From Polaromonas sp. (GTDB lineage Bacteria; Pseudomonadota; Gammaproteobacteria; Burkholderiales; Burkholderiaceae_C): 64,000 bases of DNA. The DNA lies in contig JBBAPH010000019.1 of NCBI GenBank assembly GCA_040400935.1, forward strand, positions 1,140 to 65,139. The letters are read 5' to 3'. Position numbers and translations under genes: made by a program. Positions within the stretch are counted from its first letter, which is position 1. Every line of letters starts with the position of its first letter. Under the pieces are notes generated by a model. The model did no database searches and was not told the origin of the DNA. It saw only the letters and a list, made by a program, of their open reading frames with translations. Below are positions 52,194 to 60,644 of this stretch, one piece after another.

Positions 52194-53696
52194 ATGAACG
52201 CACCCACCACACTTGCCCAGCAAACCCAACTCGCCCGCGCCGAGCGCCAAGCCGAGGTCGTGACCGCGCTTAAAAAAGCGCTGCCCGCCCATGCGCTGCT
52301 GTGGAACAACGAAGACACCACGCCTTATGAATGCGACGGCCTGACGGCTTACCGCCAGCGGCCTTTGGTGGTGGCACTGCCCGAGACGTATGAGCAGGTG
52401 CAAGCCGTGCTCAAAACCTGCCACGCCTTGCAAGTGCCGGTGGTGGCGCGCGGTGCGGGCACCGGCCTGTCGGGCGGGGCCATGCCGCACCAGCTGGGCG
52501 TGACGCTGTCGCTGGCGAAGTTCAACAAGATCTTGGCGATGGACGCCGCCAGCCGCACGGCGGTGGTGCAAGGCGGCGTGCGTAACCTGGCCATTTCTGA
52601 AGCCGCCGCGCCACTGGGCCTGTATTACGCGCCGGACCCGTCCAGCCAGATCGCCTGCACGATTGGCGGCAACGTGGCCGAGAACTCGGGCGGTGTGCAT
52701 TGCCTGAAATACGGGCTGACGCTGCACAACGTGTTGAAGGTGCGCGGCTTCACGGTCGATGGAGAGCCGGTGGAGTTTGGCGGTGACGCACTCGACGCGC
52801 CTGGCTATGACCTCTTGAGCGTGCTGGTTGGCAGCGAAGGCATGTTGGCCGTGACGACCGAGGTCACCGTCAAACTGGTGCCCAAGCCGCAGCTGGCGCG
52901 CTGCATCATGGCGAGCTTTGACGACTTGCGCAAAGCGGGCGACGCGGTGGCTGCCGTGATTGCCGCCGGCATCATTCCCGCCGGTCTGGAGATGATGGAC
53001 AAGCCCATGACAGCGGCGGTGGAAGACTTTGTACACGCAGGCTATGACCTGAGCGCCGAGGCGATCTTGCTGTGCGAAAGCGATGGCACGCCCGAAGAAG
53101 TCGCCGAAGAAATTGGCCGCATGAGCGAGGTGCTCACCCGCTGCGGCGCCACCGCCATTGCGGTCAGTCAGGATGAAGCCGAGCGCCTGCGCTTTTGGAG
53201 CGGCCGCAAGAACGCCTTCCCAGCCTCGGGCCGCATCAGCCCGGACTACATGTGCATGGACTCGACGATTCCGCGCAAGCGCTTGGCCGATATCTTGCTG
53301 GCGATTGCCGAGATGGAAAAGAAATACCAGCTGCGCTGCGCCAACGTGTTCCACGCAGGCGACGGCAATCTGCACCCTTTGATTTTGTTTGACGCAAACG
53401 ACGCCGACCAGCTGCACCGCTGCGAACTCTTTGGCGCTGACATTCTGGAAACCAGCGTGGCGATGGGGGGCACCGTCACGGGCGAGCACGGCGTGGGCAT
53501 TGAAAAGCTCAACAGCATGTGCGTGCAGTTCAGTGCTGCGGAAAACGAGCAGATGTTCGGCGTCAAGCGCGCCTTTGACGCACAAGGCCTGCTCAACCCC
53601 GGTAAGGTGATTCCCACGCTGCAGCGCTGCGCCGAGTACGGCAAGATGCTGGTGCGCGGCGGCCAGATCAGCCACCCCGACCTGCCGCGCTTTTAA
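52194..53696 (+). CDS. glcD: Glycolate oxidase FAD subunit GlcD
   Basis: ARGAGTGLSGGA, APDPSSQIACTIGGNVAENSGGVHCLKYG, FHAGDGNLHP, GEHGVGIEK, GlcD-type C-terminus CAEYG...PDLPRF. Confidence 0.88.
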   Translation: MNAPTTLAQQTQLARAERQAEVVTALKKALPAHALLWNNEDTTPYECDGLTAYRQRPLVVALPETYEQVQAVLKTCHALQVPVVARGAGTGLSGGAMPHQLGVTLSLAKFNKILAMDAASRTAVVQGGVRNLAISEAAAPLGLYYAPDPSSQIACTIGGNVAENSGGVHCLKYGLTLHNVLKVRGFTVDGEPVEFGGDALDAPGYDLLSVLVGSEGMLAVTTEVTVKLVPKPQLARCIMASFDDLRKAGDAVAAVIAAGIIPAGLEMMDKPMTAAVEDFVHAGYDLSAEAILLCESDGTPEEVAEEIGRMSEVLTRCGATAIAVSQDEAERLRFWSGRKNAFPASGRISPDYMCMDSTIPRKRLADILLAIAEMEKKYQLRCANVFHAGDGNLHPLILFDANDADQLHRCELFGADILETSVAMGGTVTGEHGVGIEKLNSMCVQFSAAENEQMFGVKRAFDAQGLLNPGKVIPTLQRCAEYGKMLVRGGQISHPDLPRF

Positions 53697-54059
53697 ATGC
53701 TCGGCCTGCGCGGCTTGGCCTGCTTGCTGCTCATGCAGTCGCTGGGTGAGCTGTTGTCGCGCGGCCTGAGCTTGCCTTTTCCCGGCCCCGTGGTGGGCAT
53801 GATGCTCTTGCTGCTGGCCCTGCAATGGCCGGCGGTGCGCGAACCGGTGGCCGCTTGCGCGGAGTTCTTGCTAGCGCATTTATCCCTCTTGTTTGTGCCG
53901 GCCGGCGTGGGCGTGATGACCCACCTGTCCATCGTCAGCGACTACGGTGGTCGCTTGCTGGTGGTCATTGTTCTGTCGACGCTGGTGGGCTTGGCCGTGA
54001 CGGCGCTGATGTTGCGCGCAGGCTCCAGCGCGTCATCCTCCACGGATCAATCGAGCTGA
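53697..54059 (+). CDS. CidA/LrgA family membrane protein
   Basis: PFPGPVVGMMLL, HLSLLFVPAGVGVM; starts immediately after the glcD stop. Confidence 0.9.
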   Translation: MLGLRGLACLLLMQSLGELLSRGLSLPFPGPVVGMMLLLLALQWPAVREPVAACAEFLLAHLSLLFVPAGVGVMTHLSIVSDYGGRLLVVIVLSTLVGLAVTALMLRAGSSASSSTDQSS

Positions 54060-54065
54060 ACGGCC

Positions 54066-54803
54066 ATGCCCAAATTCGTGGAGCTCTGGGTTTACCTCTC
54101 GGCCTCGCCACTCTTCGGCCTGACCGCCACCTTGATCGTTTACCTCTTGGCGCAAGCAGCTTATGCGCGCCTGAACCACGCCCCCTGGGCCAACCCTGTT
54201 TTTTGGACGGTGCTGGTGCTGGCTTCGGGATTGCTGCTCACAGGCGTGCCCTACCCCAGCTACTTTGCCGGGGCGCAGTTCATCCACTTCTTGCTGGGAC
54301 CGGCCGTGGTCGCGCTGGGCTGGCCGCTGTGGCTGCGCAGGGCTGACCTGCGTCAGCGCTGGGGGCGTTTGTTGTTGGCAGCCTTTGTCGGTGGCTTGGC
54401 GGCCAGCGGCTCGGCTTTGGCGCTGGGCTGGGCACTCGGTCTGCCGCACGATGTGTTGCTGTCGCTGGCACCCAAGTCCGTGACGGCGCCGGTGGCCATG
54501 GGCATTGCCGACAAGCTCGGCGGCATACCGGCGCTGGCCGCTGTGTTCTCGGTGATGACCGGGTTGGTCGGCGCGCTCAGCGGCAAGTACTTGTTTGATG
54601 CCCTGGGCCTGTCCACCACGCCTGATGGCTGGATGCAGCGCGGCTTTGCGCTGGGCACGGCCTCACACGGCATAGGCGCCGCGCGGGCCTTGCAAGTCAA
54701 CGCCGATGCCGGGGCTTATGCCGGCTTGGCGCTGGGCTTGCAAGTGGTGCTGGCCGCTTTGTTGTTGCCGCTGTTGCTGCCTTTGCTCGCGCGGTTTTTG
54801 TAG
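54066..54803 (+). CDS. LrgB/CidB family membrane protein
   Basis: NPVFW, LLGPAVVALGWPL, LAPKSVTAPVAMGIA, GFALGTASHGIG. Confidence 0.92.
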   Translation: MPKFVELWVYLSASPLFGLTATLIVYLLAQAAYARLNHAPWANPVFWTVLVLASGLLLTGVPYPSYFAGAQFIHFLLGPAVVALGWPLWLRRADLRQRWGRLLLAAFVGGLAASGSALALGWALGLPHDVLLSLAPKSVTAPVAMGIADKLGGIPALAAVFSVMTGLVGALSGKYLFDALGLSTTPDGWMQRGFALGTASHGIGAARALQVNADAGAYAGLALGLQVVLAALLLPLLLPLLARFL

Positions 54804-54812
54804 CCGCCTGGC

Positions 54813-55355
54813 TCAGGCCGGCTGCAAGCCGGTTTTCAGACCCGTCACTGGGGCCGGCCTGGCTGCCGTGCTGATGACTTCCACCTCACCAGAAATTTGC
54901 CCGCCTTCTTCAATCACGATCTTGCCGTAGCGGATCTTGCCGACCACGCGACCCGTGGCATGGATCACCAATTTTTGCCGTACCGTCAAGTCGCCGTCGA
55001 AGCGGCCATGGATCTCGGCAATGTCGATTTCAGCCGCCCCCGAAAAAGCGCCTTGCTCCGCAATTTGCATGAGGCGCGAGTTCATGGTGGCCTCGACCGT
55101 GCCTTCCACCACCAAGGTGTCGCAATCGGTGATCTCCAAACCCTTGAGCTTGATGTTGGGGCCGACCGTCAACTTGCTGCCGCCGCTGGGTGCGGTGCTG
55201 CTCACCGCCGTGTTGCTGAGCGCAGCAGCGCTGCCCTGCAAGGCTGAAGGCAAGGTCGCAGTGGGGGCATTCGCGCCCGACGAGGGATGAGCCGCGCTGC
55301 CGCTGCGCAAGAGGCCAGGATCGGGGTCGCGCCGACCAAAAAACGGTTGAGCCAT
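54813..55355 (-). CDS. Bactofilin (polymer-forming cytoskeletal protein)
   Basis: Beta-helix repeats TVGPNIKLKG...VEGTVE...IHGRFDGDL...GRVVGKIRYGKIVIEEGGQISG; N-terminal FFGRR. Confidence 0.88.
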   Translation of the reverse strand: MAQPFFGRRDPDPGLLRSGSAAHPSSGANAPTATLPSALQGSAAALSNTAVSSTAPSGGSKLTVGPNIKLKGLEITDCDTLVVEGTVEATMNSRLMQIAEQGAFSGAAEIDIAEIHGRFDGDLTVRQKLVIHATGRVVGKIRYGKIVIEEGGQISGEVEVISTAARPAPVTGLKTGLQPA

Positions 55356-55479
55356 GGGGTTCCTTTTCAAAAGCTGCCGATGCTACTGAGCGCACGGCCC
55401 GCTTGCGCTCAGCGCATGCAACAGCTGTAAGCAATTGCCCAGCTGCCCCCCACCCCGATAGCGATTGACCTGGACTTTC

Positions 55480-55821
55480 TCAGTGCCGGGGCCAAGCCTG
55501 GCCCGTCGTGCTGCCGCCACTGCCGCTCTGGCTAGACAACGCGGCCCAGTCCAGCGGTGCATCGTCGCTGGGGGCTTGCAGCTCCACCAGCAGCACTAGG
55601 TCGCCGCCGAAGCGACCCACGCCGAGCGCGCCCATCAGGTGCTGCTCTTCTTGCGAATTGCTCATGCGCAAAAAGCACAGCGCACGGCGCTGGCCAGCTT
55701 GGTCGGCGGTCACCACATCCAGTCGCTGGACCGTGCCAAAGTCCGCGCACACGGCCTGCAAACAGGTCTTGATGCTGTACAGATCCGGGCAAGATTGAAG
55801 AGGCGCAAGGAGGGGGTTCAT
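55480..55821 (-). CDS. Small hypothetical protein with possible RRM-like fold
   Basis: LQAVCADFGTVQRLDV...ALCFLRM resembles the helix1/beta2/RNP1 region of RRM domains. Confidence 0.5.
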   Translation of the reverse strand: MNPLLAPLQSCPDLYSIKTCLQAVCADFGTVQRLDVVTADQAGQRRALCFLRMSNSQEEQHLMGALGVGRFGGDLVLLVELQAPSDDAPLDWAALSSQSGSGGSTTGQAWPRH

Positions 55822-56041
55822 GAGGTGATCGGGGCCGCGCCATGCAGCGCCTATAAAGATTTAACGAGTCACTTTAGGCGGCAAGCGCAGTGCCCGCACA
55901 CGGCCTGGCACCGCCACCGGCTGTAGGACAGAAACTGACACATTTAAAGGGGCGGCAGAGCTTTTCGGGGTGGCACGCCCCCGGTTACGCTGGCCTTTTT
56001 GTTTTCAGGCCTTTTCACACCGATTGGCCAAGTTGCAATCC

Positions 56042-58504
56042 ATGGGCTTGCTTGCTCTGACCCCCGACCTTTCCCACTCTCCGCCTTTTTCCCACGGCGG
56101 CACCTGCCATCACCTGCTCGAAAAAGTGGCCCGTGCCGGCACGTGGCGGCAGGAGCCTGACCATCGCCTGCACTGGACGCCTGCGCTGACGGCTCTGCTG
56201 CACTGGCCGGCTGATGCTGCGCCGCCCTGGCGCCATCCCACCGACTGGTTGGCGCCCGAGTGCAAGCCGCAGTTCGAGTGTTTGCTGAACGCTTGCCGGG
56301 CCCAAGGAAAAGACTTTGACGAAGAGTTGACCGCACTGACCGCCCAAGGCCAGCGCCTGAGCGTGCGCGTGATGGGTGAACGCCAGCCCCATGAGGGGCA
56401 AGGCTACGTCGTGCACGGCTTGGTGCAAGACCTCAGCGAACACAAGCGCCGCGAGCAAGAGTCGCTGCGGGTGAGCATGCAACTGAGCACGACCTTGGCC
56501 AGCATGACCGAAGCCTTTGCCACGCTGGACCGCGACGGCCGCTTCACCTATGCCAATGTACGTACCGAGCAACTGCTGGGAAGAAGCAGCAGCGAATTGC
56601 TGGGACGGCGCATCTGGCGTGAGCTCGACGACCAAGGCGACGACCGCCTGCGCCGTGAACTGCAAGCGGCGCTGCGCACAGGTCGCAACGCGGAGTTCGA
56701 AGAGTTTTACAAGCCCGTGAACAAATGGCTGGAGCTGCGCGCCTACCCCTTTGCCGAAGGCCTGGCCGTGTACCTGCGCGATATGAGTGCCAGGCATCAG
56801 GCGCAAGAGGATCTGCTGCTGCTGCAAACCAGCATCTCACGCCTGAACGACATCGTGGTGATCACCGAAACCGGGCGCCACCCCCGGCCGCGCATCGTGT
56901 TTGTGAACGACGCCTTTGAACGCCTGACCGGCTACACCCAGGCCGAAGTAATGGGCCGCACGCCGCGCATGCTCGAAGGGCCGATGACGCAGCCCGCTGA
57001 ACTCGATCGCATCCGCCAAGCCCTCAAACGCTGGCAACCAGTGCGGGCGGAGTTGATCAACTACAAGAAAAATGGCGAGCTGTTCTGGATGGAGCTGGAG
57101 ATCGTGCCGGTGGAAGAATCGGCGCGCGGTGTCAAGCACTGGGTGGCTGTAGGCCGCGACATCACGGCGCGCAAGGCCGCAGACGACGAGATCGAGCAGC
57201 TGGCTTTTTACGACAACCTCACGCACTTGCCGAACCGGCGCCTCTTGATGGAACGCCTGCAGCGCTGCTTGTCCGTTCAGCGCGGCCGCGCCCGGCACGG
57301 CGCGCTGATGTTCATTGACCTGGACCACTTCAAGGTGCTCAACGACAGCCTGGGCCATGCCAAAGGCGACCTGCTGCTGCAAAAGGTCGCTGACCGGCTG
57401 AGCGCTTGCGTGCGCCGGGGCGACACCGTGGCGCGCTTGGGCGGCGACGAATTTGTGGTGATGCTGGACCACCTGGGAGCCGACGCCAAGCTGGCCCATG
57501 AGAAAACCAAAGCCGTCGGCGAAAAAATCCTCAATGCCCTGAGCGAGCCCTACGACCTGGCCGGCCATCTGTACCACGGCACCTGCAGCGTGGGCATCAC
57601 ACCGTTTGATGGCGCGCAGCATCCGGGCATTGGCGACTTGCTCAAGCAAGCCGACCTGGCCATGTACCAAGCCAAAGGCGTGGGCCGCAACGCCATGTGT
57701 TTCTTTGACCCGGCCATGCAAGCGGCCGCCACGTCGAACGCGGCCCTCACGTCAGAGCTGCGCCAGGCGCTGCATGCGCAACAGTTCGTGCTGCACTACC
57801 AGCCCCAGGTCGGGCACGGCGGCCAGATGGTGGGCGTCGAAGCCCTGGTGCGCTGGCAGCGCGGCGAGCGGCTGGCGACACCGGCCGAGTTCATCACGCA
57901 GGCTGAAGACAGCGGGCTGATCATGCCGCTGGGGCGCTGGGTGCTGGAAACCGCTTGCGCACAGCTCGCGCGCTGGGCACGCCGACCAGAAACCGAGCAC
58001 CTGACCATCGCCGTGAACGTGAGCGTGCGCCAGTTCCGTCACCCTGAATTTGTGGAACTGGTGATGAAGGTGATGCAGCAAACCGACATCCGCCCCGACC
58101 GCCTCAAACTCGAACTCACCGAGAGCCTGCTGGCCACCGACATTGGCGTGACGATTGCCAAGATGGGTGTGCTCAAAGACGCTGGGGTGACGCTGTCGAT
58201 AGACGACTTCGGCATGGGCTACTCGGCGCTGTCCTACCTCAAGCACATGCCGCTAGACCAACTCAAGATCGACCGCGCTTTTGTCAAAGACGTGCTGACC
58301 GACCCGAACGACGCCGCCATTGCCCGCACCATCATCGGCCTGGCCCAAAGCCTGGGTTTGGCGGTCATGGCTGAAGGCGTAGAGACAGAGGCCCAACGCG
58401 ACTTCCTGGCTCGCCACGGCTGCGAGTGCTATCAGGGCTATCTGTACAGCAAGCCTTTGCCCATTGACGCGCTGGAAGCTTTCATGCGCAGCAAGCAAGG
58501 TTGA
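56042..58504 (+). CDS. PAS-PAS-PAS GGDEF-EAL c-di-GMP cyclase/phosphodiesterase
   Basis: Three PAS-like units, YDNLTHLPNRR, DLDHFK, RxxD I-site plus GGDEF, EALVRW, DDFGMGYS, AEGVET. Start may be GTG 55970. Confidence 0.92.
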   Translation: MGLLALTPDLSHSPPFSHGGTCHHLLEKVARAGTWRQEPDHRLHWTPALTALLHWPADAAPPWRHPTDWLAPECKPQFECLLNACRAQGKDFDEELTALTAQGQRLSVRVMGERQPHEGQGYVVHGLVQDLSEHKRREQESLRVSMQLSTTLASMTEAFATLDRDGRFTYANVRTEQLLGRSSSELLGRRIWRELDDQGDDRLRRELQAALRTGRNAEFEEFYKPVNKWLELRAYPFAEGLAVYLRDMSARHQAQEDLLLLQTSISRLNDIVVITETGRHPRPRIVFVNDAFERLTGYTQAEVMGRTPRMLEGPMTQPAELDRIRQALKRWQPVRAELINYKKNGELFWMELEIVPVEESARGVKHWVAVGRDITARKAADDEIEQLAFYDNLTHLPNRRLLMERLQRCLSVQRGRARHGALMFIDLDHFKVLNDSLGHAKGDLLLQKVADRLSACVRRGDTVARLGGDEFVVMLDHLGADAKLAHEKTKAVGEKILNALSEPYDLAGHLYHGTCSVGITPFDGAQHPGIGDLLKQADLAMYQAKGVGRNAMCFFDPAMQAAATSNAALTSELRQALHAQQFVLHYQPQVGHGGQMVGVEALVRWQRGERLATPAEFITQAEDSGLIMPLGRWVLETACAQLARWARRPETEHLTIAVNVSVRQFRHPEFVELVMKVMQQTDIRPDRLKLELTESLLATDIGVTIAKMGVLKDAGVTLSIDDFGMGYSALSYLKHMPLDQLKIDRAFVKDVLTDPNDAAIARTIIGLAQSLGLAVMAEGVETEAQRDFLARHGCECYQGYLYSKPLPIDALEAFMRSKQG

Positions 58505-58563
58505 AAGATTGCTTTGCCGGCGAGACATGGACGAGCATTACGTCGCGTCCTTGCTTTGGCACA

Positions 58564-58705
58564 AGCCCCCATCCCAGCCTTCCCCCAGCGGGGGAAGGAG
58601 CAACACAGACCGCTAGTGCAAAGGGATCCAAGCTCCCTGCATGGCTCCCTGTATGGCTCCCTGCATGGCTCCCTCCCCCTTTGGGGGAGGGCTGGGGTGG
58701 GGGCT
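58564..58705. repeat. Inverted pair of 38-bp REP-like hairpins (family B) enclosing a 12-bp tandem repeat
   Basis: 58564-58601 and the reverse complement of 58668-58705 match at 33/38 positions; GCTCCCTG(C/T)ATG x3 at 58632-58667. Confidence 0.8.
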
Positions 58706-58740
58706 CCCCGCTCAAGCGCCCGGTGCTTGTCGTCTGGCGT

Positions 58741-59484
58741 CTACCCCGCCTTGCCCACCCGCCCCCCAAAGATCGCCGTCCCCACCCGCACCATCGTGCT
58801 GCCCGCCTGAATCGCTTCCGTCATGTCCCCAGTCATGCCCATGGACAGCGTGTCCATAGGCGCAGACAACACGCCAGACGCATTGAGCTCGTCAAACAAC
58901 AGGTGCACCTGCTGCAACATAACCAACCCAGCGGACGGGTTTTCAGCGGGTTCCGGAATCGCCATCAGCCCCCGCAACACCAAGCGCGGCAAAGCCTGCA
59001 CCTGCTGCGCCAAGGCTGCCAACTCACCCGGCGTAACCCCTGACTTGTTCGCGCCGCCGTCCACATTGACCTGCAGGCAAATTTGCAGCGGCGGCAAATG
59101 CGCGGGCCGCTGCTCACTCAGGCGCTGCGCAATCTTCAAGCGGTCCACCGACTGAACCCAATCGAAGTGCTCTGCCACAGGGCGCGTCTTGTTGCTTTGA
59201 ATGGGGCCAATGCAATGCCAGGTCAGCGCGGGCCGGTCCACCTCGGCGGCTTGCCATTCGCGCAAGGCCAAGATCTTGTCCACGCCTTCCTGGATGTAGT
59301 TTTCGCCAAAGGCGCGCTGGCCCGCCGCCACGGCTTGCAACACCGCGTCGGCGCCAAAGGTTTTAGACACCGCCAGCAGCTGCACGCTGCCCGGATCGCG
59401 GCCCGCAGCGGCGCAGGCTTGGGTGATGCGCTGGCGCACCAGGCTCAGTTGGTCGGCAATCGTCACGGGGCTTGCGGTCGTCAT
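58741..59484 (-). CDS. yggS: PLP homeostasis protein YggS
   Basis: LLAVSKT, FGENYIQE, HCIGPIQSNK, NKSG, LRGLMAIP, LSMGMTGD, MVRVGTAIFG. Confidence 0.95.
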   Translation of the reverse strand: MTTASPVTIADQLSLVRQRITQACAAAGRDPGSVQLLAVSKTFGADAVLQAVAAGQRAFGENYIQEGVDKILALREWQAAEVDRPALTWHCIGPIQSNKTRPVAEHFDWVQSVDRLKIAQRLSEQRPAHLPPLQICLQVNVDGGANKSGVTPGELAALAQQVQALPRLVLRGLMAIPEPAENPSAGLVMLQQVHLLFDELNASGVLSAPMDTLSMGMTGDMTEAIQAGSTMVRVGTAIFGGRVGKAG

Positions 59485-59516
59485 AATGGAACTGTAACCC
59501 CCACGAGGAGTGTTTC

Positions 59517-60587
59517 ATGGCGCCTGCGGCCTCGATGTTGACCCCGCTCCTGATCACTCCTTTGCTGGAGGCCACAGTAGCGCGTCAAGCGTCTGACCTG
59601 CACCTGTCGGCCGGCCTGCCACCCCTGCTGCGTATCCACGGCGAACTACACAAGATGGACTTGCCCGCGTGCACACACGAAGAAGTGCAAGCCCTCGTGG
59701 CCAGCCTCATGACCCCGGATCAACGCCGCACTTGGCAAGAAGCGCTGGAGTTGGACTTTGCCTACACGGCCCCTGCGGGGCGTTTTCGCGTCAACGCTTT
59801 CACACACCAGCGCGGCGCGGGTGCAGTGCTGCGGCGCATTGAGGGCCGCATCCCGACCCTGACCGAATTAAAGGCACCGCCGCTCTTGGCCGAGCTGGCG
59901 CTCAAGCCGCGCGGTTTGTTGTTGGTCACAGGGCCGACCGGCTCCGGCAAGTCCACCACGCTGGCGGCCGTGCTGGACTGGATCAATAACAAAAAGGCCG
60001 GCCACATCATCACTGTCGAAGACCCGATCGAGTTTGTGCACACCTCGCGCCAGTGCCTGGTGCACCAGCGCGAGCTGGGCGCGCACACCGCCGACTTCAA
60101 CGTCGCCTTGCGATCGGCCCTGCGCGAAGACCCGGACGTGATCTTGGTTGGCGAACTGCGCGACCTGGCCACCATCCGGCTGGCGCTGACTGCCGCTGAA
60201 ACCGGGCACCTGGTGCTGGCCACGCTGCACACGGCCAGCGCCGCCAAAACCATAGACCGGCTGATCGACGTGTTTCCGGCGGCCGAAAAGGAACTGGTGC
60301 GCACGCTGTTGTCTGAATCGCTCTTGGCCGTGGTGTCGCAAGTGCTGTGCAAAACGCGGGATGGCCAGGGCCGGGTCGCGGCTTTTGAAGTCCTGCTGGC
60401 CACCCCGGCAATTCGCAACCTGATCCGAGAAAACAAAGTGGCGCAGATGTATTCGGCCCTGCAAACCGGCGCCAGCGTCGGCATGCAAACGCTGGACCAA
60501 AACCTGGCCGATCTGGTGCGCCGCCAAGTCGTCTCGCCAGCAGACGCCAAGGCCCTGGCCCGCATGCCTGAAAATATCCCGAGCTGA
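59517..60587 (+). CDS. pilT: Type IV pilus retraction ATPase PilT
   Basis: SDLHLSAG, GPTGSGKSTT, TVEDPIE, LREDPDVILVGELRD, AETGHLV..TLHT, AIRNLIRE. Confidence 0.93.
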   Translation: MAPAASMLTPLLITPLLEATVARQASDLHLSAGLPPLLRIHGELHKMDLPACTHEEVQALVASLMTPDQRRTWQEALELDFAYTAPAGRFRVNAFTHQRGAGAVLRRIEGRIPTLTELKAPPLLAELALKPRGLLLVTGPTGSGKSTTLAAVLDWINNKKAGHIITVEDPIEFVHTSRQCLVHQRELGAHTADFNVALRSALREDPDVILVGELRDLATIRLALTAAETGHLVLATLHTASAAKTIDRLIDVFPAAEKELVRTLLSESLLAVVSQVLCKTRDGQGRVAAFEVLLATPAIRNLIRENKVAQMYSALQTGASVGMQTLDQNLADLVRRQVVSPADAKALARMPENIPS

Positions 60588-60644
60588 CTCAGCCCTTCCC
60601 CGAATCTCCACACCTAACTTTCACTCTTCAAAAGGTCTTTTCCC

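Noticed and set aside
52185-53825. 546-aa ORF antisense to glcD
   Set aside because: Shadow ORF of a motif-rich gene.
53697-54803. cidA/lrgB as a phage-derived holin/antiholin lysis cassette
   Set aside because: No endolysin or phage genes nearby; tight coupling to glcD favours a metabolic transport role.
58632-58667. Possible mini CRISPR array
   Set aside because: Units are 12 bp and contiguous with no unique spacers; no cas genes in the window.
58482-59043. Short ORFs (58482-58769 minus, 58501-59043 plus, 58514-58810 plus) over the repeat cassette
   Set aside because: Their GSHA/PAWL periodicity simply reflects the 12-bp tandem repeat and REP-like hairpins; no RBS or family signal.
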